A stretch of DNA of 64,000 nt, taken from contig JAJEGN010000005.1 in NCBI GenBank assembly GCA_022819855.1, positions 69,724 to 133,723 on the forward strand, written 5' to 3'. The notes under the pieces were generated by a model, which was given only the letters and a program-made list of their open reading frames with translations, was not told the DNA's origin and did no database searches. Made by a program: the position numbers and the translations under genes. Positions 1-9,547 of the stretch are shown one piece after another. Source of the DNA: Gammaproteobacteria bacterium (lineage in GTDB: Bacteria; Pseudomonadota; Gammaproteobacteria; Steroidobacterales; Rariloculaceae). The number at the start of each line of letters is the position of its first letter. The first letter of the stretch is position 1.

Positions 1-1
1 A

Positions 2-628
2 TCTGCGAATCCGCGCTTGGAAAAGACCGTAACGAACCTGCCAAACGTCGTGCTGTCTTCCCGGCAGCACACTCCGACGGCTCAACGTCCCGAAGGAACA
101 CTTGTATTTATGAGAACTGGTGACGGAAACGATGCTCTCGCCTACATCGACCGCGGAGGCAAGAGCATCACCGAGTCCCCACTCGAAATCCTCTCTGCTG
201 CTGAGTGCGCCGTCGGCACACCAGCACAGCGTCGCCACGAAGACCACCACGAGCTAGTCGTCGCGGGGATCAAGCAGCTTGTCAGCGAGGAGAAACGAAT
301 CGGTGGGCAACTGGGTCGGCCCTCCGGCGCGCGGTTTCGAGCGTACACGCGTCTCAAGTCGTATGCTGATCGAATTGAGGGCCAACTGTTCGACACGGAC
401 TCACTCCATAAGTCGATAAACGAAATCTACCGCTATCCCTTGCGTCAGTTGGCGGTTGACACAGTGAACCGGCAGCTTCGCAGTGGCGTCGACGACGCTC
501 GTTTGGCGGAGGTTGTCATCTCCCTGTACGAAGAAGGCCGACTCTGCCTGACCGGCGACGACGCCGAGCTTCAGGAACCGCAGATCATCTGCTCGCTCGG
601 GCTCTTCGACTATGAGGCGCAATCGTGA
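2..628 (+). CDS. 3' end of a gene that begins left of the window; unidentified product, translationally coupled to the downstream DNA methyltransferase
   Basis: Frame is open from nt 2 (no stop before the TTG listed at 17). The stop TGA 626-628 overlaps the GTG start at 625 (GTGA). No catalytic motif recognised in the ~209 visible residues. GC is lower than the core. Confidence 0.45.
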   Translation, partial: SANPRLEKTVTNLPNVVLSSRQHTPTAQRPEGTLVFMRTGDGNDALAYIDRGGKSITESPLEILSAAECAVGTPAQRRHEDHHELVVAGIKQLVSEEKRIGGQLGRPSGARFRAYTRLKSYADRIEGQLFDTDSLHKSINEIYRYPLRQLAVDTVNRQLRSGVDDARLAEVVISLYEEGRLCLTGDDAELQEPQIICSLGLFDYEAQS

Positions 629-3600
629 CGCCCGTCTCCATCGAATCACTTCGCCCACATCTGCTTGACTTCAACTTCCGCCGCCTGTTCGTGGAGGGTC
701 TCGGTTGGGACCACCATCGAGCGGTACCGGTTTCAGTACTCGTCAATGACCATGAGTACTCACTCGAAGCCGTCGCGGAGAAAGCTGGCTTCGCGGTCTT
801 TGTTTGCAGCCCCGGTCGAGATGGAGCAGTACCTCCGTATCCGATACGGCGCAAAATCGAAAACCGAATTAGCACGCTGGCATTCGAGCATTTGATTGTG
901 TTCGTCGACGTCGACCGAACTACACAGACATGGCAATGGGTCAAGCGGGAGAGTGGTCAAGCAACGGCATGTCGGGAACAGACATTCCACGCTGGACACT
1001 CCGGAGAGGCGGTGTTGCAACGCCTACAAGAGGTCGCGTTCACGCTTGACGACGAAGCCAAAGGTATCCCCATTTCCGAGGTAACTGCTCGTGTCTACAA
1101 GGCCTTTGATGTAGAGAGGGTTACCAAGCGCTATTTTGAGCGTTTCAAGACCGAATTAGCTGCGTTCGGTAACTTCATCGAAGGCATCGCCGCCCAGGGT
1201 GATCGCGACTGGTACGCATCTCTCATGCTGAATCGCATGATGTTTGTGTATTTTGTTCAGAAGCGGGGTTTTCTTGACGGTGACATCAACTACCTCCGTA
1301 ACCGTTTGAAGATTGTCCAACAACAAAGTGGTGGCGCCCGCTTCCAGCAATTTTACCGGCTTTTTTTGCTACGTCTGTTTCATGAGGGTCTCGGGCAACC
1401 CGAAGCGCAGAGAGCTCCAGAGCTGGCAGCTCTGCTAGGTACAGTGCCCTTTCTCAATGGCGGCCTTTTTGACGTTCATGAGTTGGAGCGTGAAAACCCT
1501 GGAATAAATATTTCCGACGCAGCATTTGAAAGGATTTTCGATTTTTTTGATAGCTATCGCTGGCATCTGGATGAACGCCCCTATCGAGAAGACAACGAAA
1601 TTAATCCAGACGTACTCGGCTACATATTTGAGAAATTCATCAACCAAAAACAGATGGGTGCCTACTACACCAAGGAGGATATCACCGGATACATTACACG
1701 AAACACTGTAATTCCCTTCCTGTTTGACAAAGCAAAGAAGGAATGTCCCGTGGCCTTCGCGCCGTCGGGTGGCATTTGGAGTTTACTCTGCGACGACCCC
1801 GACCGGTACATTTATCCTTCCGTCGGTCACGGTATGGCGTGGAATGTGCGTCGGAACGGTTTGCCGGTACGCCTAGATGCGCCTATCGCGTTGCCCGAAG
1901 AAATAGCGGTTGGGATTAATGACGTTTCCAAACGCAGTAGCTGGAATGACTATGCTCCTGACGCCTACGCCCTGCAAACTGAGACATGGAGGGAAGTGAT
2001 TGCCCGCCGCCAGCGGTACAGTGAAGTTCGCGCCAGACTGGAGTCAGGAAAGTTGCAGAATATCGACGATCTCATCACGTTCAATTTGGATATCGAGAGG
2101 TTCACGAACGATGTAATTTCCCAGAGCGAAGGGCCCGAACTAGTACGCGCATTCTGGCACGCCATACATGAGATATCAGTGCTCGATCCTACCTGTGGTT
2201 CCGGTGCATTCCTGTTTGCAGCCCTGAAGACTCTAGAGCCACTCTACACCGCTTGCCTTGAGGGTATGCGAGGGTTTCTGAGCGACTTAGAGCAAACCGA
2301 GCGGCCGCATTCGCCAAGGGCGCTGCTTGATTTCCATGAAATCTTGGAGAGGATCAACGAGCACCCCAGCGAACGGTATTTCATTCTGAAATCCATCGTG
2401 CTCAACAACCTTTACGGTGTGGACATAATGGAAGAGGCCGTTGAAATCTGCAAGCTACGGCTCTTCCTCAAACTAGTTGCGCAACTGAAAACGTACGACC
2501 AAATCGAGCCCTTGCCTGACATAGATTTTAACATTCGAGCAGGTAACACGCTGGTCGGGTATACGTCCATAAATTCAGTGCGTAAGGCGATGACTGTGAC
2601 GGCTGACGGGCAACGTCGTCAAGTATTTCCTGAGGATAAGGCAACACTTGTTCGTATCGAGAAAGAAGCCCACGACGCGAGTGTTGCGTTTGAGGAATTC
2701 CGGACGAAGCAATCTGTGCTCGACGCATCAGTGCCGATCACCGACAAGGCTAGCTTGCAACAGCGGTTGGAGTCGTTACGGGAGGAGCTTGACCGATACT
2801 TAGCTTCCGAGTACGGAATCGATCTCAGACATCGGAGTCGCTACAACGCATGGCGTAGGAGCCATAAACCCTTTCATTGGCTGGTAGAGTTCTACGAGCC
2901 CATGCGCCGAGGTGGCTTTGACGTTATTGTCGGCAATCCACCGTATGTCGAAATGTCAAAGGTCAAAAAAGCGTACACGCTTCTGGGCTTAAACCTTACG
3001 AAGACCGGAAATCTATACGCAATTTGCATCGAGCGATTCTTAAATATTCTCGGAGCAAGTCGAAGGTTGGGAGTAATTGTGCCAATAAGTTCCATTTCCA
3101 CACCACGAATGTTGCCCTTGATGCGACTGCTGAGTAATGTTCATCGCCTCTATATAAGCAACTTTGCCGTGCGTCCATCAAAGTTGTTCGTAGGAGTGGA
3201 TATGAATCTCACCATTTTGCTGGGTACAAACCGAACTGATACACAGATTGTGCAAGTTTTTTCCACCAGGTATAACCGATGGCAGGAACACACAAGGCCG
3301 CATCTTTTTGCGACGATAGCGTATCGAGAGACAAATTTCTTTGATTCCATGGCAGCGTTCCCGAAGCTTGGGTGCCAAAAGGACAGAGAGATTCTTCACA
3401 AGCTCCGTAAGCATGAGTCGCTACAACAGTTTCGGGTTAAGCGAAGTAAGGATGCTATATTCTACCATAGTGGAGGACGCTATTTCCGAAAGTGCGTCAG
3501 GACTAAGCACTCCAATGAGTATAAAGAATTATTCGTAAAGGATGGATATTCGGAAAGCATTTTATGTCTACTTTCGTCATCGCTTTATTATTGGTTATGG

Positions 3601-3921
3601 ATACTTTTGTCGGACTGCTATCACGTAACTCAGCTCGATGTTGATACCGTACCTGTGGCCTCGTCGCTCATTCATGATGACGAGTTGGGTGGTTTGGCTG
3701 GAGAGTTAATAGATGACCTAAAAAGAAACTCTACGACTAGGACTCGAAAAAGGTCCGATGGAAGCATAAGGCGCGAAGTGAACTATGACGTTGGAGCGTC
3801 AAAGCATATTATTGATCGTATTGACAAGGTGCTAGGGACTCATTACGGACTTAGCGATGCGGATGTCGATTATATTGTAAACTATGACTTCAAATTTCGA
3901 TTTTCTGCAAGGAGGTCATGA
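625..3921 (+). CDS. Large (1098 aa) gamma-class N6-adenine DNA methyltransferase, Eco57I/type IIG-like layout with C-terminal specificity region
   Basis: Motif I DPTCGSGAFLF (nt 2185-2217) precedes motif IV VIVGNPPYVEM (NPPY = nt 2935-2946). The C-terminal SLYYWLWILLSDCYHVTQLDVDTVPV segment resembles TaqI_C-type target-recognition domains. No PD-(D/E)xK motif is visible in the ~520-aa N-terminal region. Confidence 0.85.
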   Translation: MTPVSIESLRPHLLDFNFRRLFVEGLGWDHHRAVPVSVLVNDHEYSLEAVAEKAGFAVFVCSPGRDGAVPPYPIRRKIENRISTLAFEHLIVFVDVDRTTQTWQWVKRESGQATACREQTFHAGHSGEAVLQRLQEVAFTLDDEAKGIPISEVTARVYKAFDVERVTKRYFERFKTELAAFGNFIEGIAAQGDRDWYASLMLNRMMFVYFVQKRGFLDGDINYLRNRLKIVQQQSGGARFQQFYRLFLLRLFHEGLGQPEAQRAPELAALLGTVPFLNGGLFDVHELERENPGINISDAAFERIFDFFDSYRWHLDERPYREDNEINPDVLGYIFEKFINQKQMGAYYTKEDITGYITRNTVIPFLFDKAKKECPVAFAPSGGIWSLLCDDPDRYIYPSVGHGMAWNVRRNGLPVRLDAPIALPEEIAVGINDVSKRSSWNDYAPDAYALQTETWREVIARRQRYSEVRARLESGKLQNIDDLITFNLDIERFTNDVISQSEGPELVRAFWHAIHEISVLDPTCGSGAFLFAALKTLEPLYTACLEGMRGFLSDLEQTERPHSPRALLDFHEILERINEHPSERYFILKSIVLNNLYGVDIMEEAVEICKLRLFLKLVAQLKTYDQIEPLPDIDFNIRAGNTLVGYTSINSVRKAMTVTADGQRRQVFPEDKATLVRIEKEAHDASVAFEEFRTKQSVLDASVPITDKASLQQRLESLREELDRYLASEYGIDLRHRSRYNAWRRSHKPFHWLVEFYEPMRRGGFDVIVGNPPYVEMSKVKKAYTLLGLNLTKTGNLYAICIERFLNILGASRRLGVIVPISSISTPRMLPLMRLLSNVHRLYISNFAVRPSKLFVGVDMNLTILLGTNRTDTQIVQVFSTRYNRWQEHTRPHLFATIAYRETNFFDSMAAFPKLGCQKDREILHKLRKHESLQQFRVKRSKDAIFYHSGGRYFRKCVRTKHSNEYKELFVKDGYSESILCLLSSSLYYWLWILLSDCYHVTQLDVDTVPVASSLIHDDELGGLAGELIDDLKRNSTTRTRKRSDGSIRREVNYDVGASKHIIDRIDKVLGTHYGLSDADVDYIVNYDFKFRFSARRS

Positions 3922-4036
3922 TAGGTTGCTGGACACTGGAAGGATTGGTGGAAATTGGGCAATGAATGCGAGGTAAGGGAGAGCAGGGTTTCTGCCAAGA
4001 TTTTCTAAGAATAGTGGCAAGTTGGAGAAAAGTGTG

Positions 4037-4234
4037 ATGCCTGTTGTATTACCGGAACCAGACGATGTGATGTTGGATAGCGCAGGTGGTGAGACGCCAC
4101 TTTGGGTTTGTCCAAATTGTGAAGTGGGGCAACGAATTGAGGGATTCGGCTGGCGCAAGCGAGACGATGTTTATCCTGGCCAAAACGTTTGGCACAAACA
4201 GTCGTGGTGCAAAGCGTGTCGAGGTGAAACATAG
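4037..4234 (+). CDS. Small hypothetical zinc-ribbon-like protein (CxxC ... CxxC)
   Basis: ATG at 4037 in the 4022..4234 ORF. Contains CPNC and CKAC pairs about 30 residues apart. No other support. Confidence 0.25.
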   Translation: MPVVLPEPDDVMLDSAGGETPLWVCPNCEVGQRIEGFGWRKRDDVYPGQNVWHKQSWCKACRGET

Positions 4235-4326
4235 GAAACAAGTAGTGTGTTGGTGGGCACCATCAACTGTATGAAAAAAACAGTGGTCCTGTAAGAAATC
4301 TTGTGTGCTGAGCCGTCTTTCATCGT

Positions 4327-4545
4327 CTAAACCGTCAGCACAAAGCGTTCGCCGAACTGGATGGCGAACTGCGCCTTGGCAGCATGCCATTCCCTGGGCG
4401 GGTTTTTCCACTTCGCTGTGATATTCCTCAGCGCCAAGTAAACTAGCTTCGTCGCCGAGACGTTGCTTCGGAATCCCTGCAAGTTGCGAGTCACCTGTTG
4501 GGCATCAACGAGCACTTCAAGTCGCTGCAGAATTGCCATATGCAT
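4327..4545 (-). pseudogene. Relic of an IS256 (mutator)-family transposase, extreme C-terminus only
   Basis: Translation SATKLVYLALRNITAKWKNPPREWHAAKAQFAIQFGERF matches the conserved C-terminal tail of IS256-family transposases. Only ~50-70 codons remain and there is no DDE region. Confidence 0.6.
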
Positions 4546-4984
4546 ACCACTGATGAGCTAGATGGACCTGTTTGGTCCAGAATGCCAGCATGGTATCTTC
4601 TCGAGTATCTGGCAGAACCTCGAGATACTCCATCCATTCGAAAAAGTTATCCGCTGGTCGAGAGTCGAGTCTGCCGATCACCAAAGCGCTTGCCATGAAA
4701 TTAGCAGCGACATAGGATTCCACTGAAAGGTAGCCAAGGCAATCTCCGACTATACGTCGATCCAGGCCGGACCAGTCGTAGGTATTTATTCTGTACGCAT
4801 CGCCATGACTAATGTTTGGATAGTGAAAGTCTACGCCCTTTACTAAGTCAGAATACGAGATGAGCCCAAATCTCCTACCGGTCGCTTCGATACGTTCGCG
4901 AAGGAGCGCAAGCGCGGCAGGGTCGTGCGGACCGTATTCCCAATTTATCTCTTCAAACTTAGCGAGAATTTTTTCGCGCATCAT
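4517..4984 (-). CDS. Hypothetical protein (155 aa from MMREK start), no recognisable domain
   Basis: ORF 4517..5035, with the start moved to ATG 4984. That ATG overlaps the xthA stop (ATGA on the minus strand). GC is about 50% in a spot count versus a visibly richer xthA. The 3' end abuts the IS256 relic. Confidence 0.45.
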   Translation of the reverse strand: MMREKILAKFEEINWEYGPHDPAALALLRERIEATGRRFGLISYSDLVKGVDFHYPNISHGDAYRINTYDWSGLDRRIVGDCLGYLSVESYVAANFMASALVIGRLDSRPADNFFEWMEYLEVLPDTREDTMLAFWTKQVHLAHQWYAYGNSAAT

Positions 4985-5751
4985 ATCCTCGTAAACTCCG
5001 CCACAACGGGCGTGTGATCCGATGGCCTCTCCCACCTCCGCGGCCCAACATCAATATGACTCCCCGTACACAGCCCGCTCAACCCCTCCGACGCTAGTAT
5101 CAAGTCAATCCGCATCCCCAAGTTCCGCCTGAAGGCAGCAGCCCGATAATCCCACCAGCTATACGATTTTTCAGGCTGCTCGAACAGCCGAAACGTGTCG
5201 GTGAATCCAAGCTCCAGAATCCCGGCCAAAGCGTCCCGCTCCTTGTCCGTACATAGCACCTTGCCTTCCCAAGCGGCCGGATCGTGAACGTCGCGATCAT
5301 CCGGTGCGATGTTGAAATCTCCCAGGATCACACGGTGCTCGTAGCGATCCGCTTCGCTCGCAAGCTGCGCGTGCAGCGCCGCAAGCCACTCGAGCTTGTA
5401 CACGTACTTGTCCGACTCAACGCTCTGCCCGTTCGGCACGTACAGATTCATGACGCGCACGCCGCCGTAGGTCGCGGCCAGCACGCGTCGCTGAGGATCT
5501 TCGAACCCGTCAATCTCGGTCGCGACATCCTCCCCCGACTCCCGCGAGATCAACGCGACGCCGTTATACGTCGGCTGCCCGCTGAACACCGCGTGATACC
5601 CAGCGCTCTCGAACGCCTCAACAGGAAAGTTCTCATCCGTGAGCTTCGTCTCCTGCAGCGCAAGAACATCCGGCTTGTCGCTCTCGAGCCACGCCAACAC
5701 ATGGTCGAGCCGAACCCTGAGGCTGTTAACGTTCCAGGTTGCGATTTTCAT
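4981..5751 (-). CDS. xthA: Exodeoxyribonuclease III
   Basis: 256 aa. N-terminus MKIATWNVNSLRVR and C-terminal SDHTPV are typical of the ExoIII/EEP family. Confidence 0.9.
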   Translation of the reverse strand: MKIATWNVNSLRVRLDHVLAWLESDKPDVLALQETKLTDENFPVEAFESAGYHAVFSGQPTYNGVALISRESGEDVATEIDGFEDPQRRVLAATYGGVRVMNLYVPNGQSVESDKYVYKLEWLAALHAQLASEADRYEHRVILGDFNIAPDDRDVHDPAAWEGKVLCTDKERDALAGILELGFTDTFRLFEQPEKSYSWWDYRAAAFRRNLGMRIDLILASEGLSGLCTGSHIDVGPRRWERPSDHTPVVAEFTRI

Positions 5752-5818
5752 GGGATGCGGAGTCTAGCGCATGAGCCCCAGCAGGTAGCATCCGGCCCGC
5801 GCCGTCGAGCCCCTGGAG

Positions 5819-7861
5819 TCAATCCGCCGCACTGATCCCGGTCTGCCTCAACAACGCCTCCAACCGCGGCTCCCGCCCCCGAAAATCAACAAACGCATCC
5901 ATCGCATCCCTGCTCCCCCCAACCGCCAATATCGACCGCCGAAACCGTTCCGCCGTCGCCCCGTCAAAAGCCCCCGCCTCCTCGAACGCCGCAAAGGCAT
6001 CGGCAGCCAGCACCTCCGCCCACTTGTAGCTGTAATAGCCCGCGGCGTACCCGCCGGCGAAGATGTGCGCGAAGGTGTTCTCGAAGCGGTTGTAGTCGGG
6101 CGGCTGGATCACGGCCACCTCATCGCGAACCCGCTGCAGCAGCGCCCGAACCTCCCCGCCCGACGGCGCCTCCGGCGCGTGGTGCAGCTCGAAATCGAAC
6201 AACGCGAATTCGAGCTGCCTGACCATGGCCAGCCCCGAGAGGAACGTGCGCGACTCGTTGAGCGTCGCGATCTTCTCGTCCGGCAGGGGCTCGCCCGTCT
6301 CGTGGTGGCGCGAGATCTCCCTGAGCACCTCGGGCAGCCAGGCGTAGTTCTCGAGGAACTGGCTCGGCAGCTCCACGGCATCCCAGGCGACGCCGTTGAT
6401 GCCCGACAGGGACGGATACTCGACCTCGGTCAGCAGGTGGTGCAGCGAGTGGCCGAATTCGTGAAAGAGCGTCACGACCTCGGAGTGCGTGATCAGCGAC
6501 GGCGCGTCGTCGACGGGCGAGCTGAAGTTGCAGACGAGGTGGGCGACCGGGAGCTGCGTGCCGCCGTTGAGCCGCGCCCGGTTCACGCAGGTGTCCATCC
6601 AGGCGCCTGAGCGCTTGTTCGGCCGCGCGAAGAGATCCGTGTACAGGCCGCCGACCGGCTTGCCGTCGGCGCGTGAAATCGCGTAGTAGCGAACGCTCTC
6701 GTGCCAGGGCGCCTCCACCTCCTGCACCTTGAGCCGGATGCCGAACAAGCGCTCCGCGAGCGCGAACAGGCCGTCCAGCACACGCGGCAACGGGAAGTAG
6801 GCGCGCAGCTCCTCCTCCGAGAGCTTGAACCGCTCCTGCTTGAGTTTCTCGCCGTAGTAGCTCACGTCCCAGGGCGCGAGCTCGCGGCCGGCGTAGTCGT
6901 TGAGCGTCTTGAGCTCGTCGCGCGCCCGCTCGCGGCTGCGGGCGGCCAGGTCCCTGAGAAAGGCGATGACTTCGTCCGGCGAGCCCGCCATCTTCGTCGC
7001 GAGCGACCACTCGGAGTAGTCGTTGAAGCCGAGCAGGGTCGCGGCTTCGTGCCGCAGCTTGAGGATTTCGTCGATGATCGGCGCGTTGTCCCAGCGCTCG
7101 GGCTCGGGCCCTTGGTCGGACGCGCGCGTCGCCCACGCCCGGTAGTAGAGCGCACGCAGTTCCTCCGAATCCGCGTGGGTCACCACGGCCATGTAGGTCG
7201 GCCCGTTGAGCGCGAGGAGCCAGCCGTCGAGGCCCTTCTCGCGGGCGGCCTTGCGGGCGCCGTCGAGCACGATGGCCGGGATCCCGGCGAGCTTCGCTGC
7301 GTCGGTCTCGTGGTGGGAGAAGGCGTCCGTCGCGTCGAGCAGATTCTGTTCGAACGCCGCTCTTCGTTCGGCGTGCGCCTTGACGAGCTTGCGGAACTGC
7401 GCCTTCTCGGCGTCGGGCAGCGCGACGCCCGACAGGCGAAAGTTCCTGAGCGTGTGGCGCACCACCTGCGCTTCGGTGCCCTCGCCCGCGCCGATGCGCT
7501 CGTCGAGCGCGACGAAGCGGCGATGCAGCACGGCATCCTGTTCGAGTTCGGTGCCGAACTCGGTGATCTGCGGCAGGCAGAGGTTGTAGGCGTCGCGCAG
7601 TTCGGGCGACGAGACGACCGAGTTCAGGTGCGAAACCGGGCTCCATACACGGTGCACGCTTTCGTGTATCTTCTCGAACGCCTTGAGCCAGTCGGTCGTC
7701 GGTTCCTCGACTTCGCGCAGCTCATCGAGCGCTTCGCGCTGCGTGCGCAACAGCGACTGCACGGCGGGCTCGACGTGTTCGGGCATGATCGCCGCGAACC
7801 GCGGCAGGCCGCCGGGCGCAAGCAGGGGGTTTTCGTCGTGATCGGACAACGGTTCGGTCAT
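5819..7861 (-). CDS. prlC: Oligopeptidase A (M3 family zinc metallopeptidase)
   Basis: 680 aa with the HEFGH zinc motif (LFHEFGHSLHH). Length and layout are typical of PrlC/Dcp. Confidence 0.9.
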   Translation of the reverse strand: MTEPLSDHDENPLLAPGGLPRFAAIMPEHVEPAVQSLLRTQREALDELREVEEPTTDWLKAFEKIHESVHRVWSPVSHLNSVVSSPELRDAYNLCLPQITEFGTELEQDAVLHRRFVALDERIGAGEGTEAQVVRHTLRNFRLSGVALPDAEKAQFRKLVKAHAERRAAFEQNLLDATDAFSHHETDAAKLAGIPAIVLDGARKAAREKGLDGWLLALNGPTYMAVVTHADSEELRALYYRAWATRASDQGPEPERWDNAPIIDEILKLRHEAATLLGFNDYSEWSLATKMAGSPDEVIAFLRDLAARSRERARDELKTLNDYAGRELAPWDVSYYGEKLKQERFKLSEEELRAYFPLPRVLDGLFALAERLFGIRLKVQEVEAPWHESVRYYAISRADGKPVGGLYTDLFARPNKRSGAWMDTCVNRARLNGGTQLPVAHLVCNFSSPVDDAPSLITHSEVVTLFHEFGHSLHHLLTEVEYPSLSGINGVAWDAVELPSQFLENYAWLPEVLREISRHHETGEPLPDEKIATLNESRTFLSGLAMVRQLEFALFDFELHHAPEAPSGGEVRALLQRVRDEVAVIQPPDYNRFENTFAHIFAGGYAAGYYSYKWAEVLAADAFAAFEEAGAFDGATAERFRRSILAVGGSRDAMDAFVDFRGREPRLEALLRQTGISAAD

Positions 7862-7884
7862 TGGGGTGTTCCGGAGGATAACGG

Positions 7885-9339
7885 GTGAAGTCGTTCGATC
7901 TGATTGTACTCGGCGGCGGCAGCGGCGGTCTCGCGGTCGCCCAGCGCGCGGCCGAGTACGGCGCGCGCGTGGCCGTCTTCGAGCACGACCGTCTCGGCGG
8001 CACCTGCGTCAACGTCGGCTGCGTTCCGAAGAAGGTCATGTGGAATGCGGCCGAGATCGCTCACTTGATGCGGCAGGCGTCGCATTACGGTTTCGATCTG
8101 CGCGTCGGTGGGCACGACTGGGGGCTGTTGAAGCGGGGGCGGGACGCTTATGTGGAGCGGCTGAACGGGATTTATCGGCGGAATCTCGACAACAAGGACA
8201 TTGTGACCGTGCATTCGCATGGGCGGTTTACGGGGGCGCGGGAAATTGTCGATGAGGCTGGGGAGAGGTATCGCGCGGAGCATGTCGTGATTGCGACGGG
8301 CGGGTATCCGCGAGTGCCGGAGTTGCCGGGGGCGGAGCGGGGCATTACTTCGGACGGGTTCTTCGAGCTGGAGGCGCAGCCGGAGCGTGTGGCGGTTGTG
8401 GGCAGCGGGTACATCGCGGTGGAACTTGCGGGCATCTTCCGGTCGCTCGGGAGCGAAGTGTCGGTGTTCGTGCGCTTCGACAAGCTGCTGCGAAGCTTTG
8501 ACCCGATGCTGTCCGATCACCTGATGCAGCACATGCGCGACGCGGGGATCGAGATCGTGACTGGAGCGGTGCCGCGGGCGGTTGGCGGGGCGGCCGGCGG
8601 TGCAGCCAGCGGTGCCCAAGCTGGCATGGACAGTGGTGCCGACGGCAGCGCGGGTGACAGTGCGGATGGCGGCGCCGACAAGCACGCGGCCAGCAACGCG
8701 CCCGGTATCACGCTCGAGACCGAGGACGGCCGCACCTTCGCCGGCTTCGACGCGCTGCTCTGGGCCGTTGGCCGGCAGCCGAACACCTCGGGACTCGGGC
8801 TGGAAAAAGCCGGCGTCGAGACGGCGCCGCGCGGGCACATTCCCGTGGATGCCTGGCAGAACACGAACGTGGCCGGCATCTATGCGATCGGCGACGTGGC
8901 AGGGAAGGCCGAGCTTACGCCCGTGGCCATCGCCGCGGGCAGGCGTCTCGGCGATCGCCTGTTCGGCGGCCAGCCGGAACGGAAGCTGAGCTACGAGATC
9001 GTCCCGACGGTGATCTTTTCCCATCCGCCGATCGGAACGATCGGACTGACGGAGGCCGAGGCGAGTGAGCGTTACGGTGACGACGCGCTACGCGTCTACA
9101 AGTCGGAGTTCGTGCCGATGTTCAACGCGCTGACCGAAGCGAAGCCGAGGACCGCGATGAAGCTGGTCACCGTCGGCGAGGAAGAACGCGTCGTCGGCTG
9201 TCACGTCATCGGGCCGGGCGCCGACGAGATGGCGCAGGGCTTCGCAGTCGCCATGTCAATGGGCGCCTGCAAGCGCGATCTCGACGACACGATCGCGATT
9301 CACCCGACGAGCGCCGAGGAACTCGTGACGATGCGGTGA
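7885..9339 (+). CDS. gor: Glutathione-disulfide reductase, with an internal ~40-aa Gly/Ala/Asp/Ser insertion
   Basis: GTG start. Has the GGGSGG FAD motif, the redox-active GGTCVNVGCVPKK and the C-terminal HPTSAEELVTMR. Confidence 0.9.
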   Translation: MKSFDLIVLGGGSGGLAVAQRAAEYGARVAVFEHDRLGGTCVNVGCVPKKVMWNAAEIAHLMRQASHYGFDLRVGGHDWGLLKRGRDAYVERLNGIYRRNLDNKDIVTVHSHGRFTGAREIVDEAGERYRAEHVVIATGGYPRVPELPGAERGITSDGFFELEAQPERVAVVGSGYIAVELAGIFRSLGSEVSVFVRFDKLLRSFDPMLSDHLMQHMRDAGIEIVTGAVPRAVGGAAGGAASGAQAGMDSGADGSAGDSADGGADKHAASNAPGITLETEDGRTFAGFDALLWAVGRQPNTSGLGLEKAGVETAPRGHIPVDAWQNTNVAGIYAIGDVAGKAELTPVAIAAGRRLGDRLFGGQPERKLSYEIVPTVIFSHPPIGTIGLTEAEASERYGDDALRVYKSEFVPMFNALTEAKPRTAMKLVTVGEEERVVGCHVIGPGADEMAQGFAVAMSMGACKRDLDDTIAIHPTSAEELVTMR

Positions 9340-9547
9340 TCGGCGACGGACCCGGTGGATGCGTGCCGATATGCGGCGATCTTGCGTAGTAAAAGCGACT
9401 ATCTTCTTTGAAATGCTCCGATCGTGCGTCGATCTTGCGACGATCGTCGGGGGTTTTGGCTAATCCGGTGGGTTTGGGGGTCGAAACGCTTCGGGCCGTC
9501 GCGTTCCAGCCAGAATTGCTCGCGCGTATCGCGCCGATCCGCCCTGA

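Noticed and set aside
625-3921. Calling the methyltransferase BREX PglX or DISARM DrmMI.
   Set aside because: No pglZ/brxC/brxL or drmA/B/C-type genes are visible. Downstream is only an IS relic. The upstream partner is truncated by the window, so a named system cannot be supported.
9419-9456. Hairpin plus GGGGTTTTGG as the gor terminator.
   Set aside because: The stem needs bulges or alternative pairings, and the T-run is only four residues. This is too weak to call.
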